A stretch of DNA of 49,747 nucleotides from Bacteroidales bacterium (GTDB taxonomy: Bacteria > Bacteroidota > Bacteroidia > Bacteroidales > VadinHA17): contig JADDYF010000013.1 in NCBI GenBank assembly GCA_015712185.1, positions 1 through 49,747 on the forward strand, written 5' to 3'. The notes below the pieces were generated by a model. The model did not search any database. It was given only the letters and a program-made list of their open reading frames with translations, and was not told the origin of the DNA. A program made the position numbers and the translations under genes. Each line of letters begins with the position of its first letter. Position 1 is the stretch's first letter. Below, piece after piece: positions 1-8,622 of this stretch.

Positions 1-1775
1 AAGTAATCTGGTACCAGATATTTGTTGAGCGTTTCCGTAACGGAGATCCCTCAAACGATCCCGCTCCGGCCGATATCAAAGGAGCTTATCCGGATGAGAT
101 ACCTGAAAACTGGGAGGTGACACCATGGGGTCACGACTGGTATAAGCAAGAACCATGGCTTGACAGTGTAAATGCAGGAGACTTTAATTCAAAAATCCAG
201 GCCAGGCGATATGGCGGTGATCTTCAGGGAGTACTCGATAAGATGGATTACCTGCAGGAACTAGGGATCAGTGCAATCTATTTCAATCCGCTGAACGATT
301 CCCCGTCGCTTCATAAATACGATGCAAGGAACTATACACATATCGATCGTAATTTCGGACCCGATCCTGCCGGTGATGCACAAGTGATGAATTCTGAAAT
401 ACCGGGAGATCCGGCGACATGGAAATGGACTAAGGCCGACAAGCTTTTTCTCAGGCTGGTCAGTGAATGTCACTCAAGGGGTATAAGAGTGATAATGGAT
501 TATTCATGGAATCATACAGGAAGAATATTCTGGGCATTGGATGATATCCGGAAGAATGGCGGTGATTCGGAATTTACAGAGTGGTACAACATTCATGAGT
601 TTGACAATCCTGCAACTCCGGAAGATGAGTTCAGGTATGAAGGCTGGGGCGGAAACAATCCGTGGATGCCGGTATTCAGGAAGGATATCATTCCTCCCGA
701 TGACAGCATCATGCCATTTGAGGGGAATCTTCATTCAGGATCTTTAAAGCAGCATATTTTCAGCGTATCGAAACGATGGCTTGATCCTGACAACAACGGC
801 GATCCTGCAGATGGCGTCGATGGTTTCAGGCTTGATGTCGCAGGTGAGATCCCAATGGGTTTCTGGCGCGATTATCGTAAGGTGGTTCGTTCAGTGAATC
901 CTCAGGCATACCTCGTTGGAGAAATATGGTGGCTGGAATGGCCCGACAAACTTCTTGATCCCGGAATTTTTCTTAGAGGCGACCAGTATGACGCTATTAT
1001 GAACTACAGGTGGTACAGAGTGGCGAGAGGATTTTTCGGACAGGCTGTACCCGTTCTTACCCCGACCGGCTTTATAAGTGAGATTGACAGGATCAACAAG
1101 GGAATTCGTACGGACAATCTGCAGGTTATGATGAATGTGGCGGCCACCCACGATTCACCCAGACTATCCACCTCACTGTATAATAAAACCATGGACAAGT
1201 ACAATGCAAAACCGTCCGACGATCCTGATTATAAGATTAACAAGCCCGATGAACTTACAAGGAAAGAACAGATGCTCCTGCTGGTACACCAGTACACTTT
1301 TATCGGGGCTCCTCATATCTGGAATGGCGATGAGGTTGGAATGTGGGGTGCGGATGATCCTGACTGCAGGAAACCTGTGGTATGGGATGACATCGTTTAT
1401 GAAGATGAAAAGGCACATTACTATCCTGCAAAAATTCGACCTGTCGATAAAGTGGAACCCGATACGGCTTTATTATCTTTCTACAAAAAGCTCATATCAC
1501 TGCGAAGGGAAAATCCGGCGCTGGTCCATGGCGATCTTAAATTCATTCTTGCAGATGATAAGAAGATGTTGATTGGATACAAGCGGATATATGATGATGA
1601 TGAAATAATATCAGTTTTCAACAGGTCATTACAGGCACAATCAGCAGCAATCACAATAAAACATGGGGATACTTTCAGAGATCTGGTATCCATGGGTGGT
1701 TCGTGGAAAGCTTCAGGTTCAGGGCTGGAGATAAACCTTGAACCTCTGGGCGCTGTCGTCCTGAGAAAATATTAA
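1..1775 (+). CDS. GH13 alpha-amylase-family glycoside hydrolase (neopullulanase/cyclomaltodextrinase-like), 5'-truncated by the window edge
   Basis: Frame 3 is open from nt 3 and translates VIWYQIFVERFRNGD, the usual start of the GH13 catalytic barrel, so the listed GTG at 117 is not the true start. GH13 conserved regions are present: DYSWNHTG, GFRLDVAGEI (nucleophile Asp), GEIWW (acid/base Glu), VAATHDSPR. Confidence 0.88.
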   Translation, partial: VIWYQIFVERFRNGDPSNDPAPADIKGAYPDEIPENWEVTPWGHDWYKQEPWLDSVNAGDFNSKIQARRYGGDLQGVLDKMDYLQELGISAIYFNPLNDSPSLHKYDARNYTHIDRNFGPDPAGDAQVMNSEIPGDPATWKWTKADKLFLRLVSECHSRGIRVIMDYSWNHTGRIFWALDDIRKNGGDSEFTEWYNIHEFDNPATPEDEFRYEGWGGNNPWMPVFRKDIIPPDDSIMPFEGNLHSGSLKQHIFSVSKRWLDPDNNGDPADGVDGFRLDVAGEIPMGFWRDYRKVVRSVNPQAYLVGEIWWLEWPDKLLDPGIFLRGDQYDAIMNYRWYRVARGFFGQAVPVLTPTGFISEIDRINKGIRTDNLQVMMNVAATHDSPRLSTSLYNKTMDKYNAKPSDDPDYKINKPDELTRKEQMLLLVHQYTFIGAPHIWNGDEVGMWGADDPDCRKPVVWDDIVYEDEKAHYYPAKIRPVDKVEPDTALLSFYKKLISLRRENPALVHGDLKFILADDKKMLIGYKRIYDDDEIISVFNRSLQAQSAAITIKHGDTFRDLVSMGGSWKASGSGLEINLEPLGAVVLRKY

Positions 1776-4582
1776 TTGTTTGTTTTAATTACCTTAAGAG
1801 TCCGGATCTTTAATGGTGTACTTACCTGGATAAGGTAGATACCCTCCGGCACATATGATCCGTTCTCTGATCTGCCGTCCCATATTATTGTCCCGGATCC
1901 ATCCCCGGGAATCTCTGTCCGCAGCTTCCTGACCATCTTTCCGGTAATATCAAAAACCATCAGTGAGACAGGGGCAGGAGCTTCAGCCTGTATGAGAAAA
2001 TTGAATTCGCCTGATGACGGATTCGGATAGGCGATCACGAAATCATCAATTTCAGGAAGTTCCCGGTCGTTGATGCCAAGTATAAGTTCCGCGGGCGGCA
2101 GCTTCTTTGTGGTGTAAAGCCTGTACTCACCCGGCTGCAGAGAGATCGTATTATTTACACCCACAATTTCTGCAGAATCCCCGGTAAAGTATTCGTACCA
2201 TTTTCCTGTTTGCTGAAAAGCGGGATCGATGGTGGAGTTGGTAATCCCGAAGTTTCCGAGGATATTAACCTTCATTGACGGATCATTAAGCTGGATCCTT
2301 TTCACCGGATTGGCAAGCGACCATGTAAAATTGTTTGTACGGAATGCCGGCTGAGTATTTTTGAGGTTAATAAGAAGTTTAAAGAACCGGAACAACCTTT
2401 GATGATCCACATCATAGTAGTAATCCCACTTTATTGGTTTCTCGCCTGTTCTGCCATTCATATCGATCGAAACGTCATATCCCAGCTCTTCAAACTGCCA
2501 GATCATTTTTGGCCCGGGGATCGTAAAGAAGAATGTCGCTGCCAGCCTGACCCTGTCGAGAGCAGTTCTCAGGTCCTTGATATTATACCCTGAACCTGAA
2601 TTGCCCCAGGTAAGGTTTTTGAACATCATACGTTCCTCGTCATGGCTTTCCATATATGTCACCAGTGCCGGCTGGTTCCATCCAAGGTGAAGGTATGAGG
2701 CCATCGACAGATCTGAAGCATAACCCATTGCTGCCTCGAGATAGCTGTTCTTTGCGTTGCCCCAGAGCAGAAAGCCATGATCGGAGAGTATCTTCTCCTC
2801 GGTGTTAGCTGCAAAATGTTCCAGTATAAGATGTGCATCGGGCTTATACGACCAGATCTTGTCTCCTATACGTTTCAGGATGTCTATGCGTGCCTGATCA
2901 TATGCCCAGCCATCTCCCGGGGTGTTCGTGAATCCTTTTGTGAAGTCGAATCTGAATCCGTCCACCCTGTATTCGCTGATCCAGTAATGGCAGACACTGT
3001 CAACAAATTCCCTGGTAGCCTGACTCTCATGGTTGAAATCATAACCAAACGAATATACGGGATTTGGCGAATCGACGTTGAACCAGGGATTATCTGCTGA
3101 AGGTTTATTATCGGCTGTGTTGAAATACATTTTTACCAGGGGGTTATTCCCGTATGAATGATTAAGCACTATATCCAGGATGACTGCAATACCCCTGCCA
3201 TGACACGAATCTATCAGTTCCTTGAAACTGTTGGAGGTGCCGTAATACTTGTCAACTGCAAAATACATTGAAGGATTATAACCCCAGCTGCTGTTCCCGT
3301 CAAACTCAGCCACAGGCATGAATTCAATGGCGTTAACTCCGAGCCGTGAGAAATATGCCAGTGAATCACGGATTGTTTTGAAATCGTGGGCTGCCACAAA
3401 ATCGCGTACAAGAAGCTCATATATTACCAGGTCTTTCTTCGCTGCAGAGGTAAAAGAACTGTTCTTCCATGTATATTGCACCGGCTGTGTCTGTAAAACA
3501 GAAACAAGCCCTTCCGCCAGACCTTCAGGATAAGCCTTCAATCCGGGATATGTTTCGGATGTGATATATCTGTCGTTCCACGGATCAAGTATCCTGGTGG
3601 AATATGGATCGGCAATCCTGACGGAACCGTCAACCACATACTGGAACCCATACTCTTTCAGCGGATCAAGTCCTGATACTTCCTTCCAGAACCAGTTACC
3701 ATCGCTGCTCTTTTTCATATATCCTTCATCGGTGAAGATCCAGCTGTTAAAATCGCCCAGTATAAAAACATTATCTTTACCCGGACCATATAGTAAAAAC
3801 AGGGCGCTGTTATCACCTGTCACGTTTACACCGGGTCTGGCACCAGCGGGAACCTCTTCCACTGTAACCGGTGGTCTGATATAATAAAAAACCGAATCCT
3901 CCTTCATCACCAGCCCGAACCATGCCCTGGCCACGATCTTAAAAAGACCTGTGCCGGACGCTGTCAGAGAATATGTGGCAGTCAGGTCCGTTACTTTCTT
4001 CAGTCTTACATCGTTCTGGAGCAATATCAGGGAGTCGCACATTGATGCTGATGCCTCGATGGTAACGCTCTCACCTTCATCAGCAAGGGAGGTATACAGC
4101 ACGGGCTGTGAGATCATAACGCCGAAGACCGGCGTTTCGCTTACGTCATAAAAGATGTCGGCGCCGCCGGTATCGCGGCCTGTCCGGCTAGCGGTGGAAT
4201 TGCGGAAGACAAATGCCAGCTTCCTGATCTCTTCCGTAGCCGGAACGCCGAAGTAATCGCGTATTGAAGGTGAAATTGTAAGTGTATAGACATTGGCTGA
4301 GACCTTTGTCATCTTCGCTTTTGGCACATTGGTTGTCCACGATGCAACTACATATTTCCAGTCAGATCCGCCGGCGCTCTTATCAGTTATTACTCCGGTA
4401 TGTGCATAGACATCATCTCCTGTGTAGTCTTTTAGTCCCATATCTCCTTTATCGGCGTTGAAGGTTATAACAACAGCATCAGATGCTGTAGGGAAAACAG
4501 GATTGGTTGTGACCACCTGCCCGTCAAGCGACAGAAAGCATACTACAGAAAATAATGTTATGATGTGGAGCTTTAGTAACAT
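1772..4582 (-). CDS. Secreted GH13 alpha-glucan hydrolase with a CBM48/E-set-like module and a T9SS C-terminal sorting domain
   Basis: 936-aa ORF with a signal peptide (MLLKLHIITLFSVVCFLSLDGQ). E-set/CBM48-like segment (ALFLLYGPGKDNVFILGDFNSW...GNWFWKEV). GH13 regions VILDIVLNHS, VDGFRFDFTKG, LILEHF, YMESHDEE. The C-terminal 86 aa fit a Por/T9SS tail. Confidence 0.85.
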   Translation of the reverse strand: MLLKLHIITLFSVVCFLSLDGQVVTTNPVFPTASDAVVITFNADKGDMGLKDYTGDDVYAHTGVITDKSAGGSDWKYVVASWTTNVPKAKMTKVSANVYTLTISPSIRDYFGVPATEEIRKLAFVFRNSTASRTGRDTGGADIFYDVSETPVFGVMISQPVLYTSLADEGESVTIEASASMCDSLILLQNDVRLKKVTDLTATYSLTASGTGLFKIVARAWFGLVMKEDSVFYYIRPPVTVEEVPAGARPGVNVTGDNSALFLLYGPGKDNVFILGDFNSWIFTDEGYMKKSSDGNWFWKEVSGLDPLKEYGFQYVVDGSVRIADPYSTRILDPWNDRYITSETYPGLKAYPEGLAEGLVSVLQTQPVQYTWKNSSFTSAAKKDLVIYELLVRDFVAAHDFKTIRDSLAYFSRLGVNAIEFMPVAEFDGNSSWGYNPSMYFAVDKYYGTSNSFKELIDSCHGRGIAVILDIVLNHSYGNNPLVKMYFNTADNKPSADNPWFNVDSPNPVYSFGYDFNHESQATREFVDSVCHYWISEYRVDGFRFDFTKGFTNTPGDGWAYDQARIDILKRIGDKIWSYKPDAHLILEHFAANTEEKILSDHGFLLWGNAKNSYLEAAMGYASDLSMASYLHLGWNQPALVTYMESHDEERMMFKNLTWGNSGSGYNIKDLRTALDRVRLAATFFFTIPGPKMIWQFEELGYDVSIDMNGRTGEKPIKWDYYYDVDHQRLFRFFKLLINLKNTQPAFRTNNFTWSLANPVKRIQLNDPSMKVNILGNFGITNSTIDPAFQQTGKWYEYFTGDSAEIVGVNNTISLQPGEYRLYTTKKLPPAELILGINDRELPEIDDFVIAYPNPSSGEFNFLIQAEAPAPVSLMVFDITGKMVRKLRTEIPGDGSGTIIWDGRSENGSYVPEGIYLIQVSTPLKIRTLKVIKTNN
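1775..2032 (-). other. T9SS (Por) C-terminal sorting domain of the GH13 protein
   Basis: The last 86 aa (AYPNPSSGEFNFLIQ...LMVFDITGKMVRKL...GIYLIQVSTPLKIRTLKVIKTNN) match the typical Bacteroidota CTD pattern: YPNP start, a D..G+.V motif, and a G.Y...V segment near the end. Confidence 0.7.
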
Positions 4583-4632
4583 ATGCTGATGCTTAGCGTT
4601 CCGGGTTCCGGGTTGAGTTCGTGTCCGGGGTA

Positions 4633-5796
4633 TTATTTTTTAAAGTTGTAGGGATATGTCATATATTTCATTCCTTTCACCACGTTTCCTGTAAAGTCGA
4701 ACAGTGTGTTGCAGTCCCATGAAGAACCTGTTCCCCACCTGTCTTTCATGTTCGATGTTATCCATGCAGGTTCCCAGTAATGAATACCGGCGCCTCCTCC
4801 GTCAATTATCTCCTGGGTAAGCTTTACCAGGTAATTGTACTGCCCTGTCTGATTGGCAGGGTATGTAACGGTGAGCTTATCTGTTGCAATGATGTTATTA
4901 TAGCTATCGGCATTGTTGAGGGTCCACGGGTAAGCCGTTTCAACAATCATGACATCCTTCCCTGTAAGGTTTTTTATACCGGCAATGTAATCACTGACAT
5001 TTTCGATACTCACCGACGACCACATGTAATAATATGATACTCCCACAATATCATAATCGGTCAGTCCGGCTGCCGACATACCTTCAAACCAGGATTGTAC
5101 ATTTTCAGGCTGGGCGATATGGACAATTATTCGGGGTTTAATAGCGGAAGAGACTGAAGCATCCCTTACAGCTTTGATTGCAGCATTGATCAGGGTGATG
5201 AAATCGTCTTTCTTCTTCCACCTGTCACCCTGGGGTAAAAGAAATCCCGAATTTATTTCGTTGCCGACCTGTACATATTCAGGCATTAGTCCTGCTGTCT
5301 CAAGCTTTTCAAGTGTTTTCAGGGTATAATTATGGAGACTGTCGCGAAGCACCCCGAGTGATAAGCCGGTCCATGCAGCGGGAGGTACCTGTTTTCCCGG
5401 ATCAGCCCAGCTGTCAGAATAATGAAAGTCGAGGCTCACAGCCATTCCCTGAGATTTTGCCGCTGTGATTCCTTTTCTGACATCATTAAAATCGTTATAC
5501 ATACCGGGGATAGAAGGAGTATAAACCTCGCGCGTCCATTGAGGGTTATGCCAGAGTCTGAAACGGACAGTATTTGCACCGTACTTCCTGAAGATTGCAT
5601 AGGGATTCATAACGACTCCCGAATCCTTGTAAATCCCACCGTAATCGAGAATCTGATTTACATACGAAAGGTCTGCTCCCATTGAAAATTCTGTATGAGA
5701 ATAGTATACTCTTTTATCCGTTGGATCATTTCCGGTTTCCTTACCATTACAGCAGGCAATTATTAACAGGGTAAAAAACAATGTATAAGATCTCAT
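4633..5796 (-). CDS. GH53 arabinogalactan endo-beta-1,4-galactanase, lipoprotein
   Basis: Strong GH53 motifs: GADLSYVNQ, VRFRLWHNP, DFHYSDSWADPGKQ, QVGNEINSG (acid/base Glu), GVSYYYMW, VETAYPWT (nucleophile Glu), HYWEPAWI. I prefer the start at the Met giving MRSYTLFFTLLIIACCNG (lipobox), because the longer ORF start at 5826 lies inside a hairpin. Confidence 0.9.
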   Translation of the reverse strand: MRSYTLFFTLLIIACCNGKETGNDPTDKRVYYSHTEFSMGADLSYVNQILDYGGIYKDSGVVMNPYAIFRKYGANTVRFRLWHNPQWTREVYTPSIPGMYNDFNDVRKGITAAKSQGMAVSLDFHYSDSWADPGKQVPPAAWTGLSLGVLRDSLHNYTLKTLEKLETAGLMPEYVQVGNEINSGFLLPQGDRWKKKDDFITLINAAIKAVRDASVSSAIKPRIIVHIAQPENVQSWFEGMSAAGLTDYDIVGVSYYYMWSSVSIENVSDYIAGIKNLTGKDVMIVETAYPWTLNNADSYNNIIATDKLTVTYPANQTGQYNYLVKLTQEIIDGGGAGIHYWEPAWITSNMKDRWGTGSSWDCNTLFDFTGNVVKGMKYMTYPYNFKK

Positions 5797-5810
5797 AATA
5801 ATTTTATATA

Positions 5811-5842
5811 AAGAGGCTGCCTTCAACAGATGACAGCCTCTT
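5811..5842 (-). terminator. Candidate intrinsic terminator or attenuator hairpin between the SusE/F-like gene and GH53
   Basis: Perfect 9-bp inverted repeat, AAGAGGCTG (5811-5819) and CAGCCTCTT (5834-5842), with a 14-nt loop. On the minus-strand transcript it is followed by the A/U-rich tract UAUAUAAAAUUAUU. It lies 35 nt after the upstream stop codon. Confidence 0.45.
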
Positions 5843-5876
5843 TCGGAATTAATTCATAAATATGTTACACACTCGA

Positions 5877-6992
5877 TCATGGTGCCGGCTCCATGGTAAC
5901 TATCTTATCAATAATATTGACAGTTATCACATAGTTGCCAGTTGCAGCGAGAACTTTAAAGTTCTTGTCACCATCATTAGCATTTTCCAGGAGATTTGTT
6001 ACTGTACCACCGGCAAAGTATGGATAGTTATAAGATGTGGCCCATCCGGTTTGTGCAAAGAACCGGAAGGCTCCCCCGTTTATAAATCCTGCCGTAGCTC
6101 TGAAGATCCCGTTGCTCAGCCATGTCATTTGTACATACTCTCCTGCATTCCAGCCCCAGGCCCCGGTGCCTACGCCCGATCCGGTCATAAACATCTGTGG
6201 CTCAGCAACTGCCTCCATAGAGACTGATTTGGTCTTCATGTTAACAGTGATCTTGTAATAACCCGAAGTACCAATAAATTTAAAATTCTTGTCACCATCG
6301 GTCTGGCCTTCAAAAAGGTTGCTTACCGTACCGGTAAAGTATGGATAGTTCCATGATACCGGATCCCAGTTTGTCTGCTTGAAGAACCTGAAGTAGGCAT
6401 ACTGACCGGTATTGTTAAAGTATGCTACAGTTTCATAAATGCTTGGCGCTGAGCTTCTCAGTTCTTTGTATGTGTATAGGTTCCAGTTCCATCCGCCTAC
6501 AGCCTCCCCGCACATATAGATTGGGGGGAATACAGTTGCATACGGAGTTACTGTTGCCTCAACAATATTGGAGTATACAGGAGCAACCGTTGTATGTATT
6601 GTAGCTTTTACCCTGAACTGAAGAGCAACTGCTTCCTCGGGATTAAGCTCCGCATCAAGAAGTATCTTGTTGAAATCACCTATCTTGATGGAACCCGTGG
6701 TACCGTTAGTTACTGAAACAACATCAGATGGTGCTGAAAAGTTATTGCTTTTTTTATCCACCTGGACGGTATAAGTTATAACAGCCTGGAAACCAAAATC
6801 GACTTCACTCCATGCAAATGACTGAAACTGGTTGGCTGCGTCATCCATCAGCAGGACAAACGATGAGGCAGACAGATTGTTAAGAGTATTTGCTGTAATG
6901 GTATCAGGCAACCTGACGTTTTCCTTGTCCTTCTCACAAGCCGAAAGGAACAGCGTCACGAACATCAATATTATCAGACTTATCTTTTTCAT
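5877..6992 (-). CDS. SusE/SusF-like outer-membrane lipoprotein (surface glycan-binding protein) with an internally duplicated C-terminal domain
   Basis: Lipoprotein signal MKKISLIILMFVTLFLSAC. It sits immediately downstream of susD. Two tandem homologous modules are present: ...WNYPYFTGTVSNLFEGQTDGDKNFKFIGTSGYYKITVNMKTKSVSMEAV and ...YNYPYFAGGTVTNLLENANDGDKNFKVLAATGNYVITVNIIDKIVTMEP. Confidence 0.7.
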   Translation of the reverse strand: MKKISLIILMFVTLFLSACEKDKENVRLPDTITANTLNNLSASSFVLLMDDAANQFQSFAWSEVDFGFQAVITYTVQVDKKSNNFSAPSDVVSVTNGTTGSIKIGDFNKILLDAELNPEEAVALQFRVKATIHTTVAPVYSNIVEATVTPYATVFPPIYMCGEAVGGWNWNLYTYKELRSSAPSIYETVAYFNNTGQYAYFRFFKQTNWDPVSWNYPYFTGTVSNLFEGQTDGDKNFKFIGTSGYYKITVNMKTKSVSMEAVAEPQMFMTGSGVGTGAWGWNAGEYVQMTWLSNGIFRATAGFINGGAFRFFAQTGWATSYNYPYFAGGTVTNLLENANDGDKNFKVLAATGNYVITVNIIDKIVTMEPAP

Positions 6993-7014
6993 AACTGTTT
7001 GTTTTTAGAATAAA

Positions 7015-8613
7015 TCAATAGCCCGTATTCTGTACAAGGTTGGGATTAGCTCCCATGTCAGCATCAGGAATCGGGAACAGGTTAAACTTCGCATCTGTAG
7101 CAATTCCTGCCTGAACTCCGCCTTTCCACTGCCAGATATATCCGCTGCCTGTAAAGAGCCCGTACCTTATGAGGTCAGTACGCCTGTATCCTTCCCAGTA
7201 AAGCTCTCTGGCTCTCTCATCAAGTATGAAGGTGAGAGTCAGCTGGTCCTGGGTTATATTACCTGTAGTGTTGCCATAGGCTTTTGTCCTGATCTGGTTG
7301 ACATAATCGAGTGCTGTTGCAGCAGAGCCTCCCTGTCCGCCTCTCAGCACTGCCTCGGCATACATCAGGTATGCATCAGCAAGCCTGAAGATCGGCTGAT
7401 CGGTATCGGGGTGTGTGGCATTTGACCCTGCACCGCCGGTTGATTTAACATTCTTCCATTTAGTCACGGCATAACCATGGTTGAAGTTGAACATGTCATT
7501 TATGTCTTTCGACTGTCCGGCCGTATAGAACATCTTTCTCTTGTCGGAGTTATCAGCAGGAAATTTATCCACGAACTGTGGTTTGGCCCTTAACCCCCAC
7601 CAGCCCCCGCTGATCCCGAAATCGGCCGGCAGCATCGTCCCTCCGACCTCTGCGTTGATAATGAAGCATGTCCCGCCCCATGTTTTTGTATTTACACCAT
7701 CGTAGGGTATGGCGAAGATGATGCCCTTGGCATTGTGATTATCGGCCATGAACATTTTGGCATAATTATCTTCAAGAACGTATCCCGCATCAATTACCTT
7801 CTTCGAGTATGTGACAGCCTCGGTATATTTCGTTCCTTTGCCATAAACCTCTGCATTCAGGTAGAGCTTTGCAAGAAGCATCCATGCCGCTGCCTGATCC
7901 ATCCTTCCATAGACATTTGTCATTGGAGCCATCAGATCAGCTTCAATATCGAGAAGTTCGCTCTCAACATAGTCAAACAGATCAGTTCTGGAGATCTGCT
8001 CCGGCAGGAAACTGCCTACAGCGTCTTCTTCTGTTACAAACGGCACACTTCCGAACATGTCAAGCGCATGGTAATAGCTGAGCGCCCTGAGACAGCGTGC
8101 CTCGGTCCTGTATAGGTTGATGGTTTGCTTCTGTGTTTCGATGAAACCGCGGTCTGTCAGTTTAGCATCGGTGGTTTCACGGATAAACTCATTGCAGAGT
8201 GATATCTGGTAGAAGATCCTTGAGTACATGTTGAATATGAACTCATTTGAGGCTGACCAGTCCATCTCCTGATAGTCTCTCAGGTTACCGTCATTCCAGC
8301 CGAGTATTGCCTCATCGGTTGGCAGCTCCTGAGCATAAAAGTAGGCCCTGGTATACTGGCCGAATCCCTCATCGAGACCGCTGAGGTCGTTCGCGCCGTG
8401 AGGACCCATCTGACCTGATACTGCCAGACCTGCATATACCTTTGCAAGAACTTTTTCATAATTGTTAAAGTCGCTGTATATCTTCTCCGATGTCAGCACA
8501 TCATCATCGAGAGGAATGGTATCCAGATCCTTCACACAGGCAGTGATTAACATTGAAAGGATGATCACCGCCATACTTATTGTTTTATAAATTTTTGTAT
8601 TCATAGCAGTCAT
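7015..8613 (-). CDS. susD: SusD/RagB-family nutrient-binding outer-membrane lipoprotein
   Basis: Lipobox (LITACVKD), about 530 aa, TPR-like SusD sequence character (AYFYAQELPTDEAILGW...; C-terminal RELYWEGYRRTDLIRYG). Directly downstream of susC with a 9-nt gap. The start could also be the Met three codons in. Confidence 0.9.
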   Translation of the reverse strand: MTAMNTKIYKTISMAVIILSMLITACVKDLDTIPLDDDVLTSEKIYSDFNNYEKVLAKVYAGLAVSGQMGPHGANDLSGLDEGFGQYTRAYFYAQELPTDEAILGWNDGNLRDYQEMDWSASNEFIFNMYSRIFYQISLCNEFIRETTDAKLTDRGFIETQKQTINLYRTEARCLRALSYYHALDMFGSVPFVTEEDAVGSFLPEQISRTDLFDYVESELLDIEADLMAPMTNVYGRMDQAAAWMLLAKLYLNAEVYGKGTKYTEAVTYSKKVIDAGYVLEDNYAKMFMADNHNAKGIIFAIPYDGVNTKTWGGTCFIINAEVGGTMLPADFGISGGWWGLRAKPQFVDKFPADNSDKRKMFYTAGQSKDINDMFNFNHGYAVTKWKNVKSTGGAGSNATHPDTDQPIFRLADAYLMYAEAVLRGGQGGSAATALDYVNQIRTKAYGNTTGNITQDQLTLTFILDERARELYWEGYRRTDLIRYGLFTGSGYIWQWKGGVQAGIATDAKFNLFPIPDADMGANPNLVQNTGY

Positions 8614-8622
8614 GTGTTACGA

